A stretch of 28,449 bases of DNA from NCBI GenBank assembly GCA_028290465.1, contig JAQGJU010000100.1, positions 1-28,449 of the forward strand. Reading direction: 5' to 3'. Source of the stretch: Xanthobacteraceae bacterium. GTDB lineage: Bacteria; Pseudomonadota; Alphaproteobacteria; Rhizobiales; Xanthobacteraceae. Shown piece after piece: positions 9,006-18,803 of the stretch (positions within the stretch are counted from its first letter, which is position 1; each line of letters opens with the position of its first letter). Made by a program: the position numbers and the translations under genes. The notes under the pieces are model-generated. The model did no database searches. It saw only the letters and a program-made list of their open reading frames with translations, and was not told where the DNA came from.

Positions 9006-9081
9006 GCGAGGATAGCTCAGTGGTAGAGCAGATGACTTGTAATCATCGTGACGCGGGTTCGAATCCCGTTCCAACGCTCCG
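9006..9081 (+). tRNA. tRNA-Thr(UGU)-like gene with aberrant acceptor stem (possible pseudogene)
   Basis: The hand fold gives D-arm GCTC-AGTGGTA-GAGC, anticodon arm GATGA-CTTGTAA-TCATC (anticodon TGT) and T-arm GCGGG-TTCGAAT-CCCGT. However, the 5' acceptor GCGAGGA faces a 3' strand TCCAACGC. That gives six Watson-Crick pairs plus an A-A mismatch and a one-nucleotide bulge. I confirmed the bases through the overlapping track ORF translation (..NPVPTLRF..). Confidence 0.6.
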
Positions 9082-9401
9082 GTTCAGCCTGAAAAGCTGA
9101 CTCCCATTGCAGGGGACCGGACGCGCGCTTCAGTCGCGGTCCGGCCGACTTGCCGCAAGGCTCTTCGCTCGTACCAACACACTGTGAGACCGGCTCTGCG
9201 CCGGGGCGGATACCGCCTGCGCGGACGTCAGGCTCGCCGTTCGGCCGCGCGCTTCGGCGTGCGATCGCACGCGTGCGCCTGCCGTCCCGCGAGCTAAAGC
9301 CCTAGCCCGTCCGTCTGACAGGAAGCCGTGTCCGGTCACCCATCCTCGATCTGAAGCACGCTGTCCGCAATCCCGCGGCCGGCCAACGATGGAGATGTGT
9401 C

Positions 9402-10553
9402 ATGACCCGGCACCTGTTGATGCTGCGCGTGACGGTGAAGGACGGCCAGCGCGCCCTCCTGACGCGCAACGGACAGTTCGAGCGTGTGCTCGAGCCGGGC
9501 CGGCACCGTCTGTTCGACCCGGCGCATGCGCGTGCGGTCGAGGTGTACGACGTCGTCCGTGCCGAATTCCCGGCCGAGCGTCACGCCGTGCTGATGACGG
9601 CGAAGCCGCAGCTCGCGGCCGAGCTGTTCGAGGTGGTCGAGACGAAGGCGGATGAACTCGCCATCGTCAGCCTCGACGGCCGTCCGACGCATCTGATGGC
9701 GCCGTGGCAGAAGCGCGTGTTCTGGAAGGTCGCGACCCGTGTCGATGTCGAGCGCATCGATGTGGCGGTCGACCCGAAGGTGTCCGCGCGCCATCTGACG
9801 ATGATCGTGCGCGAGCGCAACACGCTCGCGGCCGAGCATGTTGTTGAGAACCACGAGGCCGGTCTGCTCTTCGTCGAGGGCCGTCTGGTCGAGCGGTTGG
9901 CGCCGGGCCGGCATGCGTTCTGGACGGTCGGCCGCAAGATCGAGGTCAAGCGCCTCGACCTGCGTCCTCAGGCGCTCGAGATCACGGCGCAGGAGATGCT
10001 GACCAAGGACCGCATCGCGCTGCGGGTGACGCTCACCGCGTTTCGCCGGATCGTCGATCCGGAGCGGGTGGTGAGCACGGTGCCGGACGTGGATGCTTGG
10101 CTGTACCGGTTGGTGCAGTTCGCGATCCGCGAGGCGGTCGCCGGCCGTACGCTCGACGAGGTGCTGGCGGCCCGCAACGTGCTCGACGCGGAGCTTCGCG
10201 CCTATGTGCGCGAGCGCATCGCGGAGACCGGCCTCGAGGTGACGGAGCTCGGCGTAAAGGATGTGATCCTGCCCGGCGAAATCCGCGAGCTCGTGAACAA
10301 GGTGGTGGAGGCGGAGCGGACGGCGAAGGCCAACCTGATCCGCCGCCAGGAAGAGACCGCGGCGACGCGTTCGCTTCTGAACACCGCCAAGCTGATGGAG
10401 GACAACCCGCTTCTCCTGCGGCTGAAGGAGCTCGAGTCGATCGAGCGGATGGTCGAGAAGGTCGGCCGCATCGATCTCCACGCCGGGGACGGCGCGGGCC
10501 TCGATGCGCTACTGACCGGCCTGGTGCGCGTCAAGGCGCCCCAGGCGGGCTGA
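9402..10553 (+). CDS. SPFH/band-7 (slipin-like) domain protein lacking an N-terminal TM helix
   Basis: An SPFH core (EITAQEMLTKDRIALRVTLTAFRRIVDPERVV...) is followed by a coiled-coil C-terminus (AERTAKANLIRRQEETAATRSLLNTAKLMEDNP). The motif G-x-F-E-R-V/L-L-E/A-P-G-R-H occurs at aa ~24-36 and again at ~160-172. A GGAG RBS is present. The 381-aa minus-strand ORF here is a shadow. Confidence 0.8.
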   Translation: MTRHLLMLRVTVKDGQRALLTRNGQFERVLEPGRHRLFDPAHARAVEVYDVVRAEFPAERHAVLMTAKPQLAAELFEVVETKADELAIVSLDGRPTHLMAPWQKRVFWKVATRVDVERIDVAVDPKVSARHLTMIVRERNTLAAEHVVENHEAGLLFVEGRLVERLAPGRHAFWTVGRKIEVKRLDLRPQALEITAQEMLTKDRIALRVTLTAFRRIVDPERVVSTVPDVDAWLYRLVQFAIREAVAGRTLDEVLAARNVLDAELRAYVRERIAETGLEVTELGVKDVILPGEIRELVNKVVEAERTAKANLIRRQEETAATRSLLNTAKLMEDNPLLLRLKELESIERMVEKVGRIDLHAGDGAGLDALLTGLVRVKAPQAG

Positions 10554-10732
10554 CACGAAGAGGGGTCGCCGCGCGGCGGCCCCTCATGCGTCACACGCGG
10601 TGTATGACAATCGAACTGGCGCCCGGGCCTCATGTCATCGACGTGTCATGTTGGTATGCGAAACACTGCGCGTCGACCGGTCCATGCACGCCCCCAGGCG
10701 CAGCCACCGGTCGCAGGCCACGATCTGACTCA

Positions 10733-10790
10733 GGTGACGCCGGATGTAAGCGCGCCTGTTTCAGGTGCGTGGTCTTTCGCGTTTAGGTAC
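10733..10790. repeat. Copy 2 of the ~55-nt imperfect direct repeat (GGTGACGCCGGATGTA core)
   Basis: GGTGACGCCGGATGTAAGCGCGCCTGTTTCAGGTGCGTGGTCTTTCGCGTTTAGG. I anchored the coordinates by the overlapping track ORF translation (..GDAGCKRACFRCVVFRV*). Confidence 0.45.
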
Positions 10791-10829
10791 TGACGTCGCG
10801 GTCATCAGGCCACTTGCAGCATTTGTTCC

Positions 10830-10941
10830 GTCATCCTGAGGCGCCCGGCGTAGCCGGGCCTCGAAGGATAGACGGCCCCGATTTGCAACGCCTCGGCTGT
10901 CATCCTTCGAGGCTCGCTTCGCTCGCACCTCTGGATGACGG
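10830..10941. repeat. REP/BIME-like nested-palindrome repeat, family A (GTCATCCTGAGG...CCTCGAAGGAT...GGATGAC)
   Basis: The terminal inverted repeats are GTCATCC and GGATGAC, and the internal inverted pair is CCTCGAAGGAT and ATCCTTCGAGG. Its 'ORF' (RHPEVRAKRASKDD...SFEARLRR) is the typical spurious translation of this Bradyrhizobiaceae repeat family. Confidence 0.6.
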
Positions 10942-10984
10942 ATTAATGCTTCGGCTCGACTTATATTTGCATCACCCAATAGCA

Positions 10985-11012
10985 AAAGGCCCGGGCTTGC
11001 GCCCGGGCCTTT
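10985..11012 (-). terminator. Rho-independent terminator of groEL
   Basis: On the minus strand, AAAGGCCCGGGC-GCAA-GCCCGGGCCTTTTGCTATT begins 28 nt after the groEL stop. It is a GC-rich 12-bp stem followed by a T-tract. Confidence 0.75.
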
Positions 11013-11040
11013 CTTATTCTCGACGTCGGGTCGAATGGAC

Positions 11041-13192
<2,152 letters not shown>

Positions 13193-13314
13193 GGAATCCT
13201 CCATAGTTTTCGGCGCAATGGTTGTTCGATGGGGCGAGGCGCCGGCTATATGCCGCGCACCGCTTGCCGGCACATAAGCCGGACCGTTTAGGCCACAAGG
13301 GGGCCGGCGCTGAT

Positions 13315-13340
13315 TTAGCACTCCTCGTCGCGAGTGCCAA
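13315..13340. promoter_or_regulatory. Degenerate CIRCE (HrcA operator)-like inverted repeat upstream of groES
   Basis: The minus-strand reading is TTGGCACTC-N8-GAGTGCTAA, against the consensus TTAGCACTC-N9-GAGTGCTAA. The left half has one mismatch and the spacer is 8 nt rather than 9, confirmed through the codons of an overlapping track ORF. It lies about 125 bp upstream of the groES ATG. Confidence 0.45.
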
Positions 13341-13676
13341 CAACGATTTTGCGGGCGCCGGTTTGGGACCGGCCTGGGCTACGCGAATGGGAGGATAAGC
13401 TCTTGTTTGCGCGTGATCTTTAGCAAATACAACGGCACAATTTTGGTGATCGTCGTTAACGGCGGTTCCATCCCAAACGGTCAAAAAATCGTGGTTCCGG
13501 TTCGCGGAACTTGGCGAGGCTGAGCCTCGTTTGCAAGGCATCCAGTACCGTACCCTAGTAGCAGCCCTTACGGGATGCTGCTAATGCCTTGAAATACAAC
13601 ACTTTCTTCATTTTTTGGGCTTGCAATGCCTACAGGTGTCCTCGGACGCTTGTCCGACAGAATGGAGGGCTTGGTT

Positions 13677-13946
13677 ATGGTGTCAGAAGACTTCCGCAAG
13701 CAGGTCGCAGGTTACGGCCTCACCACCGCGCACATCTATTACCGGCGCCCCGATCACCCCTGGCTGCTGCAAAGCTACGTCTGGCAGAATTACGATCTCT
13801 GCCCGAAATTCCCCGAACTGCAGCGCTTCCTGGAGTTCTGGAAGAGCAAGCTCGAGGGGCCGCTACACTCGGTGATGGTCGCGCACTCCAAGCTGATCAA
13901 GCCCGCCGAACTCAAGTCGCTCGACGGCGAATTCTACCTGAACTGA
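13677..13946 (+). CDS. usg: Usg-family protein
   Basis: MVSEDFRKQVAGYGLTTAHIYYRRPDHPWLLQSYVWQNYDLCPKFPELQRFLEFWKSKLEGPLHSVMVAHSKLIKPAELKSLDGEFYLN matches the alphaproteobacterial Usg family (PF06233-like) over its full ~90 aa. GGAGGG sits 8 nt upstream of ATG 13677. Confidence 0.8.
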   Translation: MVSEDFRKQVAGYGLTTAHIYYRRPDHPWLLQSYVWQNYDLCPKFPELQRFLEFWKSKLEGPLHSVMVAHSKLIKPAELKSLDGEFYLN

Positions 13947-13999
13947 GCGATGCCAGTCGTCGGAGAGTGCGCCGCCGCTCTGACCCGCTTTGTTCTCAG

Positions 14000-14086
14000 T
14001 CATGGCCGGGCTCGTCCCGGCCATCCACGTCTTGCTTATGGTCAGATCATGAAGACGTGGATGCCCGGCACAAGGCCGGGCATGAC
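14000..14086. repeat. REP/MITE-like palindromic repeat, family B (two inverted ~35-nt units GTCATGSCCGG...CATCCACGTCTT)
   Basis: GTCATGGCCGGGCTCGTCCCGGCCATCCACGTCTTG and, after a 17-nt spacer, AAGACGTGGATGCCCGGCACAAGGCCGGGCATGAC. Its translation (KTWMPGTRPGMT) is the typical spurious ORF of this repeat family. It sits between usg and the Bug/TctC gene. Confidence 0.6.
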
Positions 14087-14188
14087 GAACTTTGGCGAAC
14101 GCGCTGGTCGCGCCTGGACACATTCGGGCGGCGCGGCCATCCTCCCGACAACGCCGCGTCCACAAAAGCGGCGACCGGGAGGATGACG

Positions 14189-15160
14189 ATGCGAATTCAC
14201 ACCGCTCTTACGGCAGCGATCGGCTTCACGCTGGCGTTCGGGCCGGCGAATTCAAACGCTCAAGATAAATTCCCCTCGCATCCGATTGTGCTGTCGCATG
14301 GCTTCGGCGCCGGCGGCAATTCCGATACCGTCGCCCGGATCATCGCGCCGGTGCTGAGCGAGCGCCTCGGCCAGCAGGTGCTGGTCGAACCGCGCGTCGG
14401 CATGGGCGGTAATCTGGCAACCGACAAAACCGTCAAGGCGACGCCGGACGGCCACACGCTGGTGGTGCTGACCGGCGGCCACGCGGTGTCGGGCGCGCTG
14501 TACAAGACGCTGCCGTTCCATCCGGTCGACGATTTGCAGATGATCTCGACGCTGATCTATTTTCCGTTCGTGATTTCGGTGCGCAAGGATCATCCGTTTC
14601 AGAACCTCGGCGATCTGATCGCCGCCGCCAAGGCCAAGCCGAAGGCCATTACCTATTCGTCGGTCGGCATCGGCTCGACCCAGCACCTTGCGGGCGAGTT
14701 GCTGCAGTCCATGGCCGGCATCGAACTGGTGCATGTACCATATCGCGGCGGCATGGCGCCGGTCACCGATCTGCTGGGCGGGCGTATCGACGTGATGATC
14801 GACACGCTGACCGTCACCTCGCCGCAGATCGCGTCCGGCGGCGTGCGCGGCCTCGCGGTGACGAGTCCGAAGGAGTGGCCGAGCCTGCCGGGCATTCCGG
14901 CGGCGGCCGCCACCGTGCCGGACTACGATGTGCGCTCCTGGATGGGCGTCGCCACCACCAAAGGCGTGCCGGCCGACGTGCTGGCGCGGCTCAACGCGGA
15001 AATCCGCTACGCATTGGCGCAGCCGGTCGCTAAGGATCGGCTGGAGCAGATCGGCAACGAGGTCCGGGCCTCGACGCCCGACGAGATGCGCGCCCATGTG
15101 GCGGCGGAAGTCGCCAAATGGCAGAAGGTGGTGGCCGACGCCAACGTGCCGCAGCAGTAA
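14189..15160 (+). CDS. Bug-family (TctC-like) tripartite tricarboxylate transporter substrate-binding protein
   Basis: The product begins MRIHTALTAAIGFTLAFGPANSNAQDKFPSHPIVLSHGFGAGGNSDTVARIIAPVLSERLGQQV... and then shows the Bug-family fold pattern. I preferred ATG 14189 (GGGAGG 7 nt upstream) over 14183. The 600 nt of the track ORF upstream of that start is non-coding and repeat-derived. No tctA or tctB is adjacent, so this is an orphan Bug gene. Confidence 0.85.
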   Translation: MRIHTALTAAIGFTLAFGPANSNAQDKFPSHPIVLSHGFGAGGNSDTVARIIAPVLSERLGQQVLVEPRVGMGGNLATDKTVKATPDGHTLVVLTGGHAVSGALYKTLPFHPVDDLQMISTLIYFPFVISVRKDHPFQNLGDLIAAAKAKPKAITYSSVGIGSTQHLAGELLQSMAGIELVHVPYRGGMAPVTDLLGGRIDVMIDTLTVTSPQIASGGVRGLAVTSPKEWPSLPGIPAAAATVPDYDVRSWMGVATTKGVPADVLARLNAEIRYALAQPVAKDRLEQIGNEVRASTPDEMRAHVAAEVAKWQKVVADANVPQQ

Positions 15161-15163
15161 TCA

Positions 15164-16414
15164 TTAGCTCAACACGCCGACCATCGCGCCCATCAGGCAC
15201 GTCGCCAGCGTGCCCGAGACGATCGACTTGAAGCCGAGCGATACCACTTCGTCGCGGCGCTCGGGGCACATCGTCGCGAGGCCGCCGATCATGATGCCGA
15301 GTGATCCGAAATTGGCGAAGCCGCACAGTGCATACAGCATGATCAGCCGCGAGCGCGGATCGAGCGCGTCGGCAGGCAGTTTGGCCAATTCCACATAGGC
15401 GATGAACTCGTTCAGCACGGTCTTGATGCCCATCAGGCCGCCGGCCGTGACCGCCTGGCTCCACGGAATGCCCATCAGCCAGCACACCGGCGCCATCACG
15501 ATGCCGAGCGCGCGCTGCAACGTCACGGGTTCGCCCGCGACATTCGGAAACAGCCCGAGGATCGCGTTGGCGAGATGCGCCAGCGCGACGAATACGATCA
15601 GCATCGCCGTGATCGACAGCAGCAATTCCAGGCCGGACATCGTGCCGCGCACAACCGCGTCCATCGAACTCGCGGCGACCGGTTCGGGGTCGTCGAGTTC
15701 GCCTTCGGTATGCGCGCCCGCACTGTCCGGCACCATGATGCGGCTGATCAGGATCGCGGCCGGCGCGCCGATCACTGACGCGATGACGAAATGCGCGGCC
15801 GCATCGGGGATCAATGGGCCGACGATAGTTACGTAGATCACCAATACGGTGCCCGCGATGCCGGCCATGCCCCCCGTCATCACCACGAACAGTTCGCCAC
15901 GGCTCAGACGCGCGAGATACGGTTTGATGAACAGCGGCGCTTCGACCATGCCGACAAAGATATTGGCGGCGGTCGACAGGCCGACCGCGCCGCCGACGCC
16001 CATCGTGCGTTGCAGGGCGAACGAAAAACCGCGCACCACCGGTGGCAGGATGCGCCAGTAGAACAGCAGCGTGGTCAGCACGCTCATGATCAGCACGATC
16101 GGCAGTGCCTGGAACGCCAGCACAAAGGTGGCGCCTGGATCCTTGGCCTCGAACGGCAGAGCGCCGCCGCCGAGATAGCCGTAAACCAATGAAGTGCCGG
16201 CCCGCGTCGCCGCCGAGATCGCATCGACGGCGCCATTCACCGCTCCAAAAGCGGCCCGGACAGGGGGCACTTTGAGCAACAACACCGCGACCAGGAAGGT
16301 GACCAGCAGCCCGATGGCGGCGTGCCGCCACGACACCGCGCGGCGCTGCTCGCTGAATGCGAACGCGATGGCGATCAGCGCCAGCACGCCGAACGCCGAC
16401 TGAAGAATTTGCAT
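15164..16414 (-). CDS. NupC/CNT-family concentrative nucleoside transporter
   Basis: The 416-aa polytopic membrane protein carries CNT-family segments (GTSLVYGYLGGG..., FVAFQALPIVLIMSVL..., GFANFGSLGIMIGG). The overlapping 433-aa minus ORF is a shadow frame. Confidence 0.85.
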   Translation of the reverse strand: MQILQSAFGVLALIAIAFAFSEQRRAVSWRHAAIGLLVTFLVAVLLLKVPPVRAAFGAVNGAVDAISAATRAGTSLVYGYLGGGALPFEAKDPGATFVLAFQALPIVLIMSVLTTLLFYWRILPPVVRGFSFALQRTMGVGGAVGLSTAANIFVGMVEAPLFIKPYLARLSRGELFVVMTGGMAGIAGTVLVIYVTIVGPLIPDAAAHFVIASVIGAPAAILISRIMVPDSAGAHTEGELDDPEPVAASSMDAVVRGTMSGLELLLSITAMLIVFVALAHLANAILGLFPNVAGEPVTLQRALGIVMAPVCWLMGIPWSQAVTAGGLMGIKTVLNEFIAYVELAKLPADALDPRSRLIMLYALCGFANFGSLGIMIGGLATMCPERRDEVVSLGFKSIVSGTLATCLMGAMVGVLS

Positions 16415-16625
16415 GTTGCCCCGTGTCCCGAATCCCCGGCCCGGCAGTGTAGTCTGCCGCCGCGCGGCCCGTCTCGTTGGCCTATTTTGGTAGGTTCAAA
16501 CCGGTCGGGTGGTACGTGGTATTATGGGTCAAGGAACCAATTTGCCCGGATCGGATTGTAAATAAGGGTTCCGCATAGGAATAATTACCCTCAAAAGTTG
16601 ATTTCCCGGATTTCAGGAGTATCGC

Positions 16626-18638
16626 GTGGCCGAACGAGCGAATGAAGCAGACGCCGACGGCAAAGAGATCCCGGCAACCCCGGCCACACCTCCGGCCACC
16701 GCCACACCGCCGGCCACGGATGAGGGCGCCGAACCCAATGTTTCGCTGGACGATGCGGTCGCGGCGGAAATCGTTGAAACGCCGGACGATCTCGATCCCG
16801 ACGAGCGCGAAGAGCGTGACAAACTCAAGCGCCGCTATCTGCTGCGCCGGTTCTGGCACTCCGCGGTCGGGTTCTGGAAGCGCCGGGGCGACCGGCTGGC
16901 CTGGTTTCTGTCGATCGGTCTCGCGTTGCTGGTCGTGGCGACGGTCGGCGCGCAGTATGGCGTCAATCTCTGGAACAGGGCGATCTTCGACGCGCTGGAA
17001 AAGCGCGACGCGGCGACCGTCTTGTATGTGGCCGTGATCTTCGTGCCGCTGGCCGCGACCAGCATCGGTCTTGGTGTTCTGGGCGTCTACACGCGCATGT
17101 CGCTGCAGCGCCGCTGGCGTGCCTGGATGAGCCAGCATGTGCTTGATCGTTGGATCCGGAACGGGCGCTATTATCAGCTCAACCTGGTCAGCGGCGATCA
17201 CCAGAATCCGGAAGCCCGGCTGACCGAGGATCTGCGCATCTCGACCGACGCGCCGGTCGATTTCGCATTCGGCGTGACTAGCGCTGCGCTGTCGGCCGTG
17301 ACGTTTATCACGGTGCTGTGGACCATCGGCGGCGCGCTGACCTTCACGCTGTTCGGCACGACGATCACGGTCCCGGGATTTCTGGTGATCGCGGCGGTAC
17401 TGTACGCGGCGGTGGCCAGCGGCACCATGCTGGTGGTCGGCCGGCGCTTCGTCGCGGTGTCGGAAGCCAAGAACCAGGCGGAGGCGGAATATCGCTATGC
17501 GCTGACGCGTGTGCGTGAGAACGGCGAGAGCATCGCGCTGTTGGGCGGCGAGGAGGAAGAACGCGCCGACATCGACCGCTCGCTGGCCTCGGTGCTGCGG
17601 CAGTGGCGCAAACTCTGCATGCAGCACATGCGCACCACCGTGGTGTCGCAAGGCTCCGGCATCGTGGCGCCGGTCATTCCGCTCATTCTGTGCGCGCCGA
17701 AATTTCTCGACGGCTCGATGTCGCTCGGCGCCGTGATGCAGGCGGCGTCCGCGTTCACCATCGTGCAGGCGGCGTTCAACTGGCTGGTCGACAACTATCC
17801 CCGCATGGCCGACTGGAACGCGTCCGCCCGCCGCGTCTCGTCGCTGATGGTGTCGCTCGACGCGTTGGAGAAGGCCGAGACCGGCGAGGGCATGAACCGG
17901 ATCAAACGCGGCGAGACCACGCAAGGCGCGCTGCACCTGAAGGATCTCAGCGTCGCGCTGGATAACGGCACTGCCGTCGTCGACGACACCGATGTGATGA
18001 TTAAGGAGGGTGAGCGCGTTCTGGTCGCCGGGGAATCCGGTTCTGGCAAGAGCACGCTGGTGCGCGCCATCGCCGGCCTGTGGCCGTGGGGTGGCGGCGA
18101 GGTCAATGTCAAAACCGGGGCGCGGCTGTTTCTGCTGCCGCAGCGGCCTTACGTGCCGCTCGGCACCCTGCGCCGCGCCGTCGCCTATCCGGGCGCCGCC
18201 GAGGACTGGGATCTGGAGACGATCGCGGAGGCGCTGGACGCGGTCGGGCTCAAGCATCTCAAGGACCGGCTTGAGGAACAAGAAATCCCGTGGGACCAGA
18301 CCCTGTCGGGCGGCGAAAAGCAGCGCCTGACGGTAGCCCGCGTGCTGCTGCACAAGCCCGATATCATCGTGCTCGACGAAGCGACCGCCGCGCTCGATCC
18401 GCAAAGCCAGGATCATCTGATGCAACTGCTGTCCGAGCGTCTGGGCGAGGCGACCATCGTCAGCGTCGGCCATCGCCCGGAGCTGGAGCAATTCCACAGC
18501 CGCAAGCTGGTGCTCGAACGCAAGCGCGGCGGCGCCAAGCTGGTCAGCGACATCACGCTGACCCGCAAGCCCGGCAAGCCGAGGCTGATCCGGCGCTGGC
18601 TCGGGCCGAAAAAGAAAAAGAAGGCGGCGGCGAGCTAA
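16626..18638 (+). CDS. Fused TMD-NBD ABC half-transporter of the BacA/BclA/YddA/ABCD-related group
   Basis: It starts at a GTG with CAGGAG 7 nt upstream. A roughly 90-aa acidic Pro/Thr/Ala-rich N-terminal extension precedes a 6-TM domain. The C-terminal NBD has Walker A GESGSGKST, signature LSGGEKQRL and Walker B IIVLDEAT, followed by a polybasic tail KKKKKAAAS. The 671-aa antisense ORF is a shadow. Confidence 0.85.
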   Translation: MAERANEADADGKEIPATPATPPATATPPATDEGAEPNVSLDDAVAAEIVETPDDLDPDEREERDKLKRRYLLRRFWHSAVGFWKRRGDRLAWFLSIGLALLVVATVGAQYGVNLWNRAIFDALEKRDAATVLYVAVIFVPLAATSIGLGVLGVYTRMSLQRRWRAWMSQHVLDRWIRNGRYYQLNLVSGDHQNPEARLTEDLRISTDAPVDFAFGVTSAALSAVTFITVLWTIGGALTFTLFGTTITVPGFLVIAAVLYAAVASGTMLVVGRRFVAVSEAKNQAEAEYRYALTRVRENGESIALLGGEEEERADIDRSLASVLRQWRKLCMQHMRTTVVSQGSGIVAPVIPLILCAPKFLDGSMSLGAVMQAASAFTIVQAAFNWLVDNYPRMADWNASARRVSSLMVSLDALEKAETGEGMNRIKRGETTQGALHLKDLSVALDNGTAVVDDTDVMIKEGERVLVAGESGSGKSTLVRAIAGLWPWGGGEVNVKTGARLFLLPQRPYVPLGTLRRAVAYPGAAEDWDLETIAEALDAVGLKHLKDRLEEQEIPWDQTLSGGEKQRLTVARVLLHKPDIIVLDEATAALDPQSQDHLMQLLSERLGEATIVSVGHRPELEQFHSRKLVLERKRGGAKLVSDITLTRKPGKPRLIRRWLGPKKKKKAAAS

Positions 18639-18644
18639 GGCGCC

Positions 18645-18775
18645 TCTTCACCTCTCCCCGGTGGGGAGAGGTCGGCGAGCAAAGCGAGCCGGGTGAGGGG
18701 GGATCGCCTATCGAGAATCCTAGACACCCTCACCCCAACCCTCTTCCTAAAAGGGAGAGGGAGCGCTCAGCATTC
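18645..18775. repeat. REP-like repeat, family C (CTCTCCCCGGTGGGGAGAGGTCGGCGAGCAAAGCGAGCCGGGTGAGGGGG...)
   Basis: The hairpins are CTCTCCCC-GGTG-GGGAGAG and CCCTCTTCC-TAAAA-GGGAGAGGG. The GGCGAGCAAAGCGAGCCGGGTGAGGGG core is a recognisable Bradyrhizobiaceae repeat. It lies between the convergent ABC and SDR genes and probably doubles as terminator structure. Confidence 0.55.
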
Positions 18776-18803
18776 GTTGCATATTCAGAATTAGCCAGTC
18801 GCT

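Noticed and set aside
9336-10481. 381-aa minus-strand ORF antisense to the SPFH gene
   Set aside because: It has no recognisable domains and is Arg/Leu/His-rich. The plus strand encodes a clear SPFH core with an RBS.
10554-10730. ATGACA / TGTCAT inverted motifs and a GAGGGG...CCCCTC hairpin downstream of the SPFH gene
   Set aside because: These are short, low-complexity matches with no second occurrence in the window. I could not distinguish them from chance in GC-rich intergenic DNA.
13589-14188. N-terminal 200 aa of track ORF 13589..15160 as part of the TctC protein
   Set aside because: That upstream stretch spans the usg gene (in another frame) and the family-B REP palindrome. The Bug protein's signal peptide begins at MRIHTALTAAIGF with GGGAGG just upstream, so the real start is 14189.
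16482-18497. 671-aa minus-strand ORF antisense to the ABC half-transporter
   Set aside because: It is a shadow frame. The plus strand has a complete Walker A, signature and Walker B set in the right order after a 6-TM domain.
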